NCBI RefSeq assembly: GCF_006345805.1
Contig: NC_043003.1
Span: forward strand, 38,750,001-38,814,000
DNA length: 64,000 bases
Reading direction: 5' to 3'
Source of the DNA: Octopus sinensis
Lineage: Eukaryota
Below are positions 47,601 to 60,368 of the stretch, one piece after another. The notes beneath the pieces were generated by a model, which saw nothing but the letters and a program-made list of their open reading frames with translations, ran no database searches and was not told the DNA's origin. The translations under genes and the position numbers were made by a program. Each line of letters opens with the position of its first letter. Position 1 is the stretch's first letter.

Positions 47601-50192
47601 ATCATCATCATCATTGTTTAACGCCCACTTTCCATGCTGGAATGGGTTGGACAATTTGACTGAGGACTGGTGAACCAGATGGCTGCACCAGGCTCCAATC
47701 TGATCTGGCAGAGTTTCTACAGCTGGATGCCCTTCCTAATGCCAACCACTCTGAGAGTGTAGTGGGTGCTTTTACATGCCACCAGCACGAGGGCCAGTCA
47801 GGTGGTACTGGCAATGGTTGTTTTTTACGTGCCACCTGCACAAGAGCCAGTTCAGCAGCATTGGCAACGACCTCGCTCAAATATTTTTTTACCTGCCACG
47901 GGCACAAATGCCAGTAAGGCCACACTGGTAATGATCATGCTCAAATGGTGCTTTTTATGTGTCACTGGCACAGAAGCCAGTCAGCTTCTCTGGTAATGAT
48001 CATGCTTGAATGGTGCTCCTAGCACTCCACTAGCACGGATGCCAGTCATTGAATTTGATTTCAATTTCACTTGCCTCAACAGGTCTTCACAAGCAGAGTT
48101 TAGTGTCCGATGAAGGAAAGGTGCACATAAGTGGGCTGGTTACACCCCTGGCATAGGCCACAAGGTTATGGTCTCACTTGGCTTACTGGGTCTTCTCAAG
48201 CACAGCATATTTCCAAAGGTCCCAGTCACTAGCCATTGCCTTGGTGAGGCTAATGTTCGAAGGTCGTGCTTCACCACCTCATCCCAGGTCTTCCTGGGTC
48301 TACCTCTTCCACAGGTTCCCTCAGCCCCTACAGCGTGGCACTTTTTCACACAGCTATCCTTATCCATTCTCGCCACATGACCATACCAGTGCAATTGTCT
48401 TGCTTGCACACCACATCTGATGCTTCTTAGGTCCAACTTTTCTCTCAAGGTACTTACACTCTGTCAAGTATGCACACTGACATTACACATCCAGTGGAGC
48501 ATACTGGCTTCATTCCTTGCAAGTTTACGCATGTCCTCAGCAGTCACGGTCCATGTTTCACTGCCATGTAGCATGGCTGTTTGTACACATGCATCATACA
48601 GTCTGCTTTTACTCTGACTGAGCGGCCCTTTGTCACCAGCAGAGGTAAGAGGTCTCTGAACTTTGCCCAGGCTAGTCTTATATTAGCAGCTACACTTTCA
48701 GTGCACCCACCCCCACTACTGACTTGGTTGTTTTTTACGTGCCACCTATCAACTACTTCTAGTTTTTCTCCCTGGAATGTGGCAGAAGTTGTTCTCTGCA
48801 CATTTTCAGTGTTTATTGCTTCACATACAAAAGCTATCTTCCCAGTTAGCCTTCTTTTGATATTGCTGCACCTCTTATGTGTCCATAGCTTACACTGGGT
48901 ACATCTTATAGAGTTTCTCCTTACGCCTTTTCAATAGATTGAGCAGAGCCATCTACCTGAAGAGATTTGTGGTTTGTCTGCCTTCCTACTTATTAGGACT
49001 TTGGTTTTAGCTAGGTTGACTCTAAGGCCCTTCGATTCTAAGCCTTGCTTCACACCTGAAACTTCTCCTAGTTCTGATAGCGACTCAGCAATTAGAGCAA
49101 GGTCATCAGTATAGAGGAGCTCCCAGGGGCATCCTAACTTGAATTCCTTTGTTATTGCCTGGAGGACTATGATAAATAGGAGGAGGCTGAGGACTGAACC
49201 TTGGTGGACCCCTACCTCTACCTGGAATTCTTCACTGTACTTGTTGCCAACCCTCACCTTATTGGCAGCGTCCCTGTACATAGCTTGCACAGCTCTCACT
49301 AACCATTCATCTATCCCAATTTCCTCATCGACCACCAGATAAGGGATTGGGGGACCCTGTCAAAGGCTTTCTCTATGTCAACGAAAGCCAGGTACAGAGA
49401 TTTATCTTGTATTTCTCCTGCAACTGTCTTACCAGAAATATAGCATCAGTGGTGCTTTTCCCTGGCATGAACCCAAACTGAATTTCATCTAAACTGACTC
49501 TCTCCTTAATTAGTTGGGCTATGACCCTCTCCGTAACCTTCATTACCTGATCCAACAATTTGATACCTCTAATTATTTGTAACTAAAGCGTCACCTTTAC
49601 TTTTATAGCAGTTGACTATGGTGCTGCTGCACCAGTCATTGGGTATGATTCCTTCATGTATCACCTTGTTAACTACATGGGTGACTAGGCTATAGCCAAC
49701 ACTGCCAGATATTTTGCACATCTCTGCAATGATTCCTGATGGGCCAGGGGCTTTCCCTGTCTTCATACTCTTAATTACTTTATCTACTAAGGTACTGTCA
49801 ACTCGGAGAGCTGGTCCCTCTGTTGGGTCGACATTGGCAGACTCTCTTTCTCCCACTCATTCTCTATATTGAGCAACCTTTCATAGTGGCATCTCCAAAC
49901 CTCTCTCTTTGCAGCCTCATTTAGTGCAAGTGAACCATCATCCATGCGGACACATTTCTCTCCTACGACATCACGATTCTCTCTCACACACTGTCTTGCA
50001 ACATGAAATACCTCAAGTCTTTGGTCTTCATGGCACAGAACATTGGCAATTTTTTTCTTATCTGCTTCTCCTCTGGCTAAATAAACCTGTCTCTTAGCTT
50101 CCCTTCTGGCAGTCTGACACAATTCCCTGCTACCACCATTCTTCCAGTCCTTCCAAGCTTTTTTTCTTTTCTCTAATAGCCCTGTCAACAAT
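47601..50192 (-). mobile_element. Decayed 5'-truncated RTE LINE in COPS3 intron 7 (antisense)
   Basis: Frameshifted ORF pieces nearly identical to the 31264 ORF (GVHQGSVLSLLLFIIVLQAIT, LLYTDDL, RGRPRKTWDEVVKHDL), with 3' UTR and (CAT)n tail at 47601. Confidence 0.9.
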
Positions 50193-50622
50193 GATGGAGA
50201 TATCACAAACACATCATGCTTGGAGTGAGTTCACTTTGCCCACTTTAGTTGTGGCCACCACTAGAATCCTCAGACCTACAAGAAAGTTTCTATGTGGTTT
50301 CTCATCTTGTTAAAAAATAGTAGTGAAATCTTTTCCAAATCATACCCCACTGTCTTATAAAAAAAAGTATTGTGGATGCATTGTTTAATGTGGTGTTGGA
50401 TTCATTGTGTGTGAATCAAAGAGGCAAGGCTGTCACTGCTGGAATGACTGAGCTTACACATTCTTGATTTTAGTTGACTTGTGGCTAAGTAACAATGATA
50501 GACACACAGGAACAAACTAGACATCATCAGTCATTGTCACCAACATTTTACATCTACTTTTCCATGTTTTAATATTTGTCAAAAATAACTAAAATGTTTG
50601 TTGATGTTTCATTGTTTTTCAG

Positions 50623-50712
50623 GCAATTACAACTCCCAGCATGGCTGTCAGCCACATTATGATGGAGGCTTATAAGAAATATATATTAGTGGCACTTATA
50701 TTACATGGAAAG
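50623..50712 (+). CDS. COPS3: COPS3 exon 8
   Basis: ttttcag|GCA...AAG|gtaaga; [30 protein letters not shown]. Confidence 0.95.
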
Positions 50713-51202
50713 GTAAGAGAAATATTCTATTGTGTTGTATTATATTGCATGGTTAGGTTGGTGGTGGAGGCATATATGATATATATATTGTATAGTACTG
50801 CAAAGCAAAAGTAGCATTTATCTTTTGATATTGTGTTGCAAGGCAAGGTAGGGGGTCGTGTTTGTGGGGTTATACTATGTATTATCATACTACTGAGAGA
50901 GGAAATGGGAGAGGTGGGGTCATGTATTGTCATACTACAGATAGAGGAAGTGAATTGTTATACATTGAAGGAAGGAATGGGTTGTTTTGTTATACTGCAC
51001 AGAGAGAAAAGTGTTTGTTATACCACATAGTGTTATGAAGGAGAGAATGAAGTTCTAGCTACTGTGATGGTAAGCTGCACAATAAATATATATGTATATA
51101 TATATGTAATATCAGGGTAAGAAAAATATTAGAAATTTTTACTACCAGTGACCTAGCATGTAGAAAAATTAGTCAATAGACTGTATATTATTCATATAAA
51201 TA

Positions 51203-51381
51203 CAGTGTACATTTAAACACATAAGAGGTATCCATCATAGGATACCTGGCACGCTATAAGAAATATCCTAAATCCAAACCCTTCGAAATTTATCCCTAAT
51301 AGTGGTTTAGATTTTGGCTATTCCTTCTGGCGTGACAGGTCTCCTATGATGGATACCTCTTATGTGTTTAAATATACACTG
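51203..51381. mobile_element. Tc1/mariner-type MITE, almost wholly palindromic, with TA TSD
   Basis: TA|CAGTGTACATTTAAACACATAAGAGGTATCCATCATAGGA ... TCCTATGATGGATACCTCTTATGTGTTTAAATATACACTG|TA; arms extend imperfectly to about 80 bp. Confidence 0.85.
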
Positions 51382-51391
51382 TATTTTTTTA

Positions 51392-51432
<41 letters not shown>

Positions 51433-51673
51433 TATATATAATTGTTAAGCAGGACATTAAGGCAAAGTAAACATCTCAAGTCATATACGATATTATTACA
51501 GGAAAAAATTTAAAATCTTACAGCTGTTTCTGAGATATCCTTGAGTATGGGATATTCCATCATCAGAGAGAAATTGGGGAAAAAAATTATGGAAAATGAG
51601 AATGCTATATATTGATAAGATGATAACATGGAGGAAATGGGTAAGAGAATAAGGAGATGGAAAGAGAGAAGAG

Positions 51674-51824
51674 AAAAGAGGCATAAAAGTTCTTAGTTCA
51701 ACTTTCTGAAGTTATAGAAACCAAAGCAGGAGTCCTTAGGTGCAATCCTGCGTGTATCCATGAGTGTAATTCTTTAGGTGCAATCCTTTAGAAAGTTGAA
51801 CTATGAACTTTTATGCCTCTTTTT
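51674..51824. repeat. Inverted repeat / MITE-like element
   Basis: AAAGAGGCATAAAAGTTCTTAGTTCAACTTTCT vs AGAAAGTTGAACTATGAACTTTTATGCCTCTTT (1 mismatch in 33); internal direct repeat TTAGGTGCAATCCT. Confidence 0.8.
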
Positions 51825-52874
51825 TATGTTCTGTTTAACAATTATATATCTGCTGCATCGGAAATCTGCAATGGCTCCATAACTACTACCTTGGCTATAA
51901 TCTTTGGGCCCCAGTAATCCACTACAGCACTTACCTTGTGTACCTAATTGTTTGGATCACCTGCGAACAAAACCACCATACTTTGTCTATATAAATACAA
52001 ATATATATATATATATAAATAAATACATATGTGTGTATGTATATACACACAGACATTGAGTTGAGAGAGGTGGTCAATTAATGAATATTTCCTCAGTTAA
52101 GAAACACCTGCAGCCACAGCTATGTCAGATTGTGACAACATTTAGCAAGTTCTTTGTAATAAAATCGATGGTAATTAATATGTTGTTGCCAAGAGAAGGA
52201 AATGGGAATTCGGTGTTTAAACCACACTGAATGCTGGGTAACATGCTACAACACTGGAGAAATTATGAAAGCATGTTACTGTTTGGAGAATTGGTGCATG
52301 AATATAAAAGACAGGCAGTATGAAACCATATAATAAAGACTTACATTCCACAAGAGACTGAGCTATGCACGACTTCTTTGGGCAAGTTGACTTGTTGGGC
52401 TGGTTTGTGGTTTCCCTGCTGTTAACTTTGCTGTTGGAGTTGTGTTGGTACAAGAAGAAAGTTGAGTTTTGAAGCAATAGGAAGGAAGGAAGAGCTCATG
52501 TGTTGTTCTACTATATTGGTAAGAAAGGGATCCTGTAGTGTTATATTACATTGAAAGAGGGCCATGTATTGTTATATGGCATAGCAAAAAAGAGGGAGTC
52601 ATTGTGTTGTCTTTTTGTGTATTTGCTATTTGTGAAGTAAAACTAAAATGCTTTGAAGTGAAAATGAGTGAACATATTTAAAGTGTAGGACAGTGAATAA
52701 AAGACAAAATAGTGTGTTACACAACACATATATGTTGCCTATTTATGTTATCATTAGAGGTCTTTTAATTTGTAAATCTGCATTCACCAAACAGAGAGGA
52801 AGTGGGAAGATGTTTGTTGAAATCACTATTCTTCTTCTTATTTTCTTATTTTTGTTTAAAATTTTTATCCTCAG

Positions 52875-52925
52875 ATTCCGGCTCTTCCAAAATACACATC
52901 TCAAGTTGTAGGTAAATATATTAAG
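52875..52925 (+). CDS. COPS3: COPS3 exon 9
   Basis: tcctcag|ATT...AAG|gtgagt; IPALPKYTSQVVGKYIK. Confidence 0.93.
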
Positions 52926-53262
52926 GTGAGTGTTTTTTTTTTATTTTTGAAGATATCTTTTAACTGTATGAGAAGGGAGTCTGAACACAGCAACATTCTG
53001 TTTCCCTTGTTTAAAGGAGAAGGGCTAAGACTGGGCAGATACTAGAGATGCTGATGCCAAAATTGAACACCCGAAGCTTAATACCTGTAAGGAAAATAAG
53101 ACTTGGAATGGAATTGGTGGTTCTGATCCAAATGTTTGTAACTGACTGAACTCTTTGAAGAGCTATCTAAAGACCATGTAGTAGTACCAAAGCAAATGTC
53201 ACTGTAGTTTGTCTTAAGTTTCTTGACATAAAGCTTGACATCTTTTAAATTCTGTGTCATAT

Positions 53263-53295
<33 letters not shown>

Positions 53296-53323
53296 ATATA
53301 TATATATATATAATATATATATA

Positions 53324-53390
<67 letters not shown>

Positions 53391-54264
53391 CAGCATCATT
53401 TTTTAGTATCCACTTTGCCAAGCTTGCATCAGTTAGACTGAATTCGTCGGGGTAGATTCTCTACAGTTGGATGCCCAGCCCGTCATCAACCCTCACCTGC
53501 TTTGAAGCACGGTAATATTTTCTCATGGCCAGACATGTTACAGAAGACAGGAAACAAAGGACTACACTTATATGACAAAGATGATTCTTTATAACATTGC
53601 ATGCTGTCACAACAAGGAGACACAGTGTTTCTGTTCTAAATTCACTTATAAGTCTTTAGTCTGGTAGGAGCTAGGAGACACATGCCCAAAATGACATGCA
53701 GTTGAGTTTAACCATGTGGTTAAAAAGTAAACTTCTTAGCCATAATGCCAACGCTATACTTTTATATCCATCCATTCATGTTATCCCCATTAGTAATTTT
53801 ATTTGTGAGGTATCTCAGTCCTTTGTCATGTTGTCTGAGAGGTTCAGCATCTAGAGGTTGTCCTTCAGTACTTGATCCCATGTCTTCTTGGGTCTCTCTC
53901 TTCCATGTGTTCCATCTACTTTGGTACTTCTTTATGGAGCTGTCAGCATCCATCTGCATCGCATGAGCTAACCAGTGTAGTCTTCTCTCTTGCGCACCGT
54001 GTTTAATTCCTCTTGAGGCAAATTTTTCTGTGACTGGATGCCCTTCCTGTCACCAGCCCTCACCTGTTCCCAATCAATGTAATATTTCCCCCATAACTAG
54101 AAATGTTTTTCACAGAAGACTGGAAATAAACAACTTTGCTTGTATGATGATGCTCATTTACATATTAAATATAAAAATATAAAACGCACATATATAGGTA
54201 GGTATGTATGACTGCTTACCAAACTACAGTTATTGGAGATCTGACTTGTTGTTTTCTTTTGCAG

Positions 54265-54366
54265 CCACTGTGCCAGCCATACTATGACCTTGCTACATCA
54301 TACGGAACAAATAACCCATCAGATCTGCGGATGATTGTCAATAAGCACTCGGAAGTATTCAGTAAG
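54265..54366 (+). CDS. COPS3: COPS3 exon 10
   Basis: tttgcag|CCA...AAG|gtaaga; PLCQPYYDLATSYGTNNPSDLRMIVNKHSEVFSK. Confidence 0.93.
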
Positions 54367-55009
54367 GTAAGAATATATTGACGTATCTTGTGTACATGTA
54401 TCAACACCAGGTGTTCTCTTTCACTTGTAGCTAGTCACACACCATCCCACCACCACTACCAGTTCCTGTCTGTCATCACCAATTAACTACATAGAGATGG
54501 AGGGGGGTCACAAGTTGTTATGCCCCACAGTAAGTTGCGTTATAATGCAATGAGAAGTAAGAGGCCACCAAACCACAACCATCATCACTATCACCCTACA
54601 TCATCACCAGTCACCACACACCACTATTACCACCACCACAACCACACTTCTGTTTATGAAGAAAGTAATTGTTAAGCGATATATCTTTGACACTCATCTT
54701 CATCTATTGACTCTAACTTCAAGTTGCATCAAGCATATTATTGGACATGTCACATTTCATTTCATCATCAGTTTTATAAGCTAACCATCTGTCATAGCAC
54801 TGCTGTTCATCAATAGAGTCTTGATCATGGTTTTGGAACTACATCCAGTCTATTCTCAGTTGGTGATTTTTTAGTTTTTATTTTTTTTTATGCAATAAAG
54901 TATATTTTATTAATAACATTTAAATACTAAGAAACAGGAAAAAGGTGTGGTGGAGTGGGGAATTAAATAGCAGAATGTGGAAGGGGAGGGGGCACTGGGC
55001 TGCACACCC

Positions 55010-55290
55010 CAGAACAAGTGGCATGCTCAGTAATGCTCTGCAGTCGTGATTGCAATGGCATTGCTATCGAGAAGGTCAGCAACACTTATTGCAACAGCCA
55101 CTCCATCTCATAGGGGTTCATTCCTCAGATGGGCTGATGTTATCCTGATTTTGCAAATGAAATTGGTAGTGTGGGTCTGAGAACACTTGATGTCTCAGTG
55201 GCAACTGGCACAAACTGATAGCAGTTGGTTAGGTGATTTAGCTGGGGAGTGCCTAGAAAGCTGATTTTGTCTTCCTGAATGTCCTGTTGT
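55010..55290 (-). mobile_element. Remnant of a restriction-like-endonuclease (CRE-type) non-LTR retrotransposon C-terminus
   Basis: Minus strand HLTNCYQFVPVATETSSVLRP (about 55173-55235), resembling the KY..L...Y.FVP.A.ET.G motif, followed by an SIAM..CN-like remnant. Confidence 0.45.
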
Positions 55291-55589
55291 TTAACTGGGA
55301 GAGGTTGTCATTCATTGGTTACTTTCTCCACCAGGTGAACACCCACTTGTGCTTGTCACCAAGCAGCTCAGCCATAGATCTAGTGAGGGTCCAAGTTTCA
55401 CACTTGTAATGGAGGACTGAGTTGGCTGTTGCTATGAAGAAACTGTTCTTCATAGAAACTGTTTGGAAAGGCTGATAATCCAGTTATTTCTTTACATCTT
55501 TAAATACTTTCCAGAAAAGGCCGCTACACAACTTAATATTCCTCTACAAGCTAGCTAGGAATAATTTGAATTGCTTCAAGTCTGAAACT

Positions 55590-55795
55590 TGTTTGAGCAG
55601 AACATCTTCAATGGTCTTAAGTGAGTCACTGTCAAAATCCATCAGCAGAGTACTTTCAATGGGAGTGAATGGGGCTCTTTCAAGGGTCTTGAGCAGAACA
55701 TCTTTGAAGATCTTGAGTGAAGACCATTTGATGGTCTTGAGTGGAGATTTTTCAGTGCTCTTCAGCAGAGCTCTTTCAAAGATCTTGTGTGCCTT
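55590..55795. repeat. Degenerate 12/24-bp-period tandem repeat
   Basis: Recurring GTCTTGAG(C/T)(A/G)GA and CTTTCAA words; the spurious ORF reads SRVLS/SRALS repeatedly. Confidence 0.55.
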
Positions 55796-55934
55796 TAGAT
55801 ATATATTGTAATCTAATTAACATTTGTATGTCATCAATGTTCAACACGTCTTGTAAAATAATGTATTTTCTTATACATAATCTACACTAAAACTATATTG
55901 TTTTAATCCACACGCTTCTTTTATCTCTCAACAG

Positions 55935-56006
55935 GACAACAACATGGGTCTAGTAAAACAGTGTATTATCTCCCTTTATAAAAAAAATATACAAAGATTA
56001 ACCAAG
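55935..56006 (+). CDS. COPS3: COPS3 exon 11 (PCI domain)
   Basis: tcaacag|GAC...AAG|gtaaga; [24 protein letters not shown]. Confidence 0.95.
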
Positions 56007-56234
56007 GTAAGAAGATTCTTCGCTTTTTTTTCAAATTTTTAGGTAGATATCAGCTATAGCAGTAACGAATCCAATGAGTTTCTATCAAAGCATCGAAGTC
56101 TCTGTTTTCTAATGACTGAGATTTTCCCACAAACCCTTGCATTATAATGTTAAAGAGGTGTAATTATATTATTTCTGTAGCTGGTTCAAATCTTTATTTT
56201 GACCATGCGCTGAAAGCTCTCTCTCTCTCTCTCT

Positions 56235-56287
<53 letters not shown>

Positions 56288-57118
56288 ATATGTATGTATA
56301 TGCACACACATTTACATATGGTTTCAGATTCATTCTCATTCTACAACTCCTTGGGTGAGTGTCTTTTACAGTAGCCCTGAGCCAACTAATACCTTGTGAG
56401 TGAATTTGGTAGATGGAAACTGTATAAAGCCCATCATATATGTACGTATGTGTGTGTCTGTGTCAGTGGTTACATTCTGCACTGCACATGAAATAACAAC
56501 ACTTAATGATGTTTGTCAATGTTTATCTGTCAAAAAATTCATCTGGTAACTCTTGCCTTTGAAGACACAAGTGAAATTAAAAGTCCCTTGTCTGAAAAAT
56601 AGGAATAGTATCCAGCTGTAAAATGGTGTCTCAATTATATGTATTTATCTAATTCATGAGGGCATGGAAAAATGGATGTAAAACAGATAAACATATAGTG
56701 AATCCCATAAATATTGTGTGTGCTATAGTTTTCAACATCCATTTTTTTTCCTTTGTGTGTATGTTTGTGTGCATATCTATGTGTATACGTGTGTGTGCAA
56801 TATGGCGTCATGTAGTAGTGCTTGTGTGGCACAATATAAAAGGACCAGTGTGGCACCATGTAAAAGCCCCTCTGCAGTACTACATAGAAGTGCCCATGTA
56901 GCATCATGTAAAAGCACTAATGAAGTGCTGCATAAAAGCACCCAGCACACTCTGTAAAGTGGTTGGCGTTAAGGAAGGGCATCCTGCCATAAAAACCATG
57001 CCAAATCAGACTGGAGTCTGGTGCAGCCCCATCAGCTTGCTAGCTCTGGTCACACTGTCCAACCCATGCCAGCATGGAGAAAGGACGTTAAATGATGATT
57101 ATGATATATATATATATA

Positions 57119-57330
57119 GTTAATCCAAACAAGAAAACACAGAAAAAAACACAGCAACGCGAGGACGTGGAACAATTAAAGTATTATTTGACGCTCAGGA
57201 AAGAAGGGAAGGAGGGTTTAACGTTTCGAGCGGAGCTCTTCGTCGGAAACAAGGAGAAGGAAAGATCCAGAGAAGGGAAGACAGAGGAAAAAAATATTTT
57301 TGCTGGTGGTGCTCAAGAGATCACATGTTG
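57119..57330 (-). mobile_element. Penelope-like element terminal repeat inserted at a (TA)n tract, carrying a hammerhead motif
   Basis: CpG-retaining island ending GTTTGGATTAAC(TA)n on the minus strand and containing a minimal hammerhead; family assignment is by inference. Confidence 0.6.
57216..57250 (-). ncRNA. Minimal type I hammerhead ribozyme motif
   Basis: GUUU-CCGACGA-A-GAGC-UCC-GCUC-GAAA-CG-U-U-AAAC: stem I GUUU/AAAC, CYGANGA core, stem II GAGC/GCUC, GAAA, palindromic loopless stem III ACGU, GUU cleavage triplet. Confidence 0.7.
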
Positions 57331-57594
57331 AAAATGTTGAATATTTAGTTCTGTGGATCAGTTGTCTGTTGTTCCTAATTTTGTTCACATCTGGAATAGA
57401 CAGTAGCTCTGTAGAACAAAAGATTCAAATGGGATTAAGTACTTAATTGAATGTAGTCTCTTTGATTTCATAATTGAGAATGCCAAGAATTATACACACT
57501 TATACACATGTACATTTTGTAAATATAAATATATTTACAACCCATGCCAGCATGGAAAACAGATGTTAAAGGAGAAGGATGACTGATGATGATG

Positions 57595-57632
<38 letters not shown>

Positions 57633-57906
57633 TTATATATATGTTATGTAGAGAGAGAGAGAGAGAGAGAGAGAGGTTGCATATATACATATATGTATAT
57701 ATTTATGGTGTGTGGGTATATTTTATTGTACTACTGGGACTTGAACAACTGTCTATGGCAGAACTGATAAGTCCCTTCGACTTAACATGTAAATAAATAA
57801 GAAAAATAAAAGATTGTCCTATTTCAGACAAACCAAGTTTTATGTCCATGTATCTTGTATCTTTCTATTATTAAGAACTCCCTCATTTCTCTTATTTTGT
57901 CCATAG

Positions 57907-57993
57907 ACGTTCCTCACATTATCATTAGCAGATATGGCTGGCCGAGTACAACTTCCTGGTCCAGCTGAAGCCGAAAAATATGTTTTGCGTATG
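57907..57993 (+). CDS. COPS3: COPS3 exon 12 (PCI domain)
   Basis: gtccatag|ACG...ATG|gtaagc; [29 protein letters not shown]. Confidence 0.95.
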
Positions 57994-60368
57994 GTAAGCA
58001 ATGTTTACTGCATGTATTGTTGTTATGTTCCGCTTTTATTGTAGGCATTGCTGTTTGATTGCGGCATTGTCTAGCAGTAATTTCATCTAATAAAGTCCAT
58101 GTTTAGTAGACATGTTAACCAGATATTCCTGAAAATGTCTCTATAATTGACACTGCTCTGAGGAATATAGGGCATAATAGTGGTGGTACAATAGACAACA
58201 ATTTTGTATTTATTCATATTAACATTGGTTGTGTCCTTGAGCAAGATACTTTATTACATATTGCTTTAGTCCACTCAGCTGGCAGAAATGAGTTGTACCT
58301 GTCATTCAAAGGGCCAACGTTGTTTCACATTCATGCTGAATCTCTCTGTGGACTATGTTAAGGGTATGTGTATCTGTGAAATACTCAGCCACTTGCATGT
58401 TAATTTCACGAGTAGGCTGCTTTGTCAATCATATCAACTGGAATACTTATCATAACTGATAGAGAGTCAGTAATCATCATCATCATTAAACGTCCGTTTT
58501 CCATGCTAGCATGGGTTGGACGATTTGACTGAGGACTGGCGAACTAGATGGCTGCACCAGGCTCCAATCTGATCTGGCAGAGTTTCTACAGCTGAGAATG
58601 TAGTGGGTGCTTTTATGTGCCACCGGCACGAGGGCTAGTCTGGCGGTACTGGCAACGGACACACTCAAATGGTGTTTTTTACATGCCACCTGCACAGGAG
58701 TCAGTCCAGCGGAACTGGCAATGACCTCGCTCGAACGTTTTGTTCATGTGCCACTGGCACAAGTGCCAGTTAGGCGATACTGGTAACAATCGCGCTCAAA
58801 TGGTGCTTTTTACGTGCCACCGGCATGGAAGCCAGACAGCTGCTCTGGCAGTGATCCCGCTTGGATGTTTAGTGTCCAATGATGGAAAGGTACACATGGA
58901 CATAATAATCCTTGGATGGAATTTATAAATATTTTAATGCATTGCTACGTGTGTTTCCACAATTTACAGGTTTCTTAAGATCATAGTCCGTATTCCTGGG
59001 ATAATTACAGTGCAGTCTGTAGTATCCATGGACATCAGGTAGATTATGTTCATGCATTCATTTCTTTGGGAAAAATAGCATCAATGGATGTTTAACTTTG
59101 TGTTGTTTACCAATTTTGACCAACAAGAAGGTAGATTGGAGCATGTAGGCATTTCTGTGTGTATTTGGTGGGGATTGATGGAAAGAAAGAAATTAATGAT
59201 AGTTATAAGGAGGTGGTGGTGTGTGTGGTGCTGTTGGACTTATTTTGCTATTTGAGTATGCAGATGTCAGGATGGGTAGTATAGATTTTTTGTTTGGTCT
59301 TATTCACAGCAAGCCCCTCATTCATAGAGTAATCCCCAAAAAACTGGTATCACCAGTTGGTATCATTAGGCTGTAGCTGGCATAATAGAACAAGAGCTTT
59401 TATATGCATGCTCAAAACATTTCCCTTAAACCAACTTCAAGGATACATATATATAATATGATATATTTACACGCTGTAAAGTAGTTGTGGTAGGGAGAAC
59501 ATCCAGCTGTCGAAGCCATGTAAAAGCAAATATTGGTGCTTGATGTAGTTCTCTGACCTGTTGGATCCTGTCAGACTGTTGAACCCCTTCTGACATGAAA
59601 TACAGACACTAAGTGATGATGATGATATCTGCATATGTGCGATTTTATTGTGAAGTGAATTTTGGGATACGATGATGATAATGATGTGTCTCTACCTCAC
59701 CTTTTTTCTTCTAACCACCCCACTGTGGCTGTATTGGTACTTGTTTATAGTCAGTGAGTCTGATTTAAAAGAAGAAATCTTATATGACAAAAGACAACCA
59801 GGTTTGAATTCATGACATGTTACCCAGCTTCTTATTCTCAGTCACTATGCTGGTGCCATGTAAAAAACACCCAGTACAGTCCATAAAATGGTTGGCATTA
59901 GGAAGGGCATCCAGCCATAAAAGCCATGCCAAAACTGATGATAAGGGCCTAGTGCAGTTCTCCAGCTTGCCAGCTCTTGTCAAACTGTCCAACCCATGCA
60001 AGTATGGAAAATGGACATTAAATGATGATGTTTCTGTTCCACCTGCTTCTGTTGTTGCTATAGTTCAGTGGTGTTTTTAGTAAATTTAGACTAGTGGTAA
60101 ACTACAGCAGTAGGAGTCTTTGTTGTTTGATAGATTTTTTTTTTACAAGAATTCGAAATTGACCTTGATGTCTCTTTTAGCAGGAACATGGAAAACATGT
60201 TTTCACCAAAAGGAATTTTGCTTCTGACCATGAGTTGGTCCACAGTATGTTGTTGCTCATGATGCAATGTGATGTTCTTTTCATCTTGATGTTGTTATTC
60301 ATTTTCTGTCTTTCTCTCCTCCTTCCTTGTTACTTAATTTTATCCTCTTTTTCTTTCACCCTTTTCAG

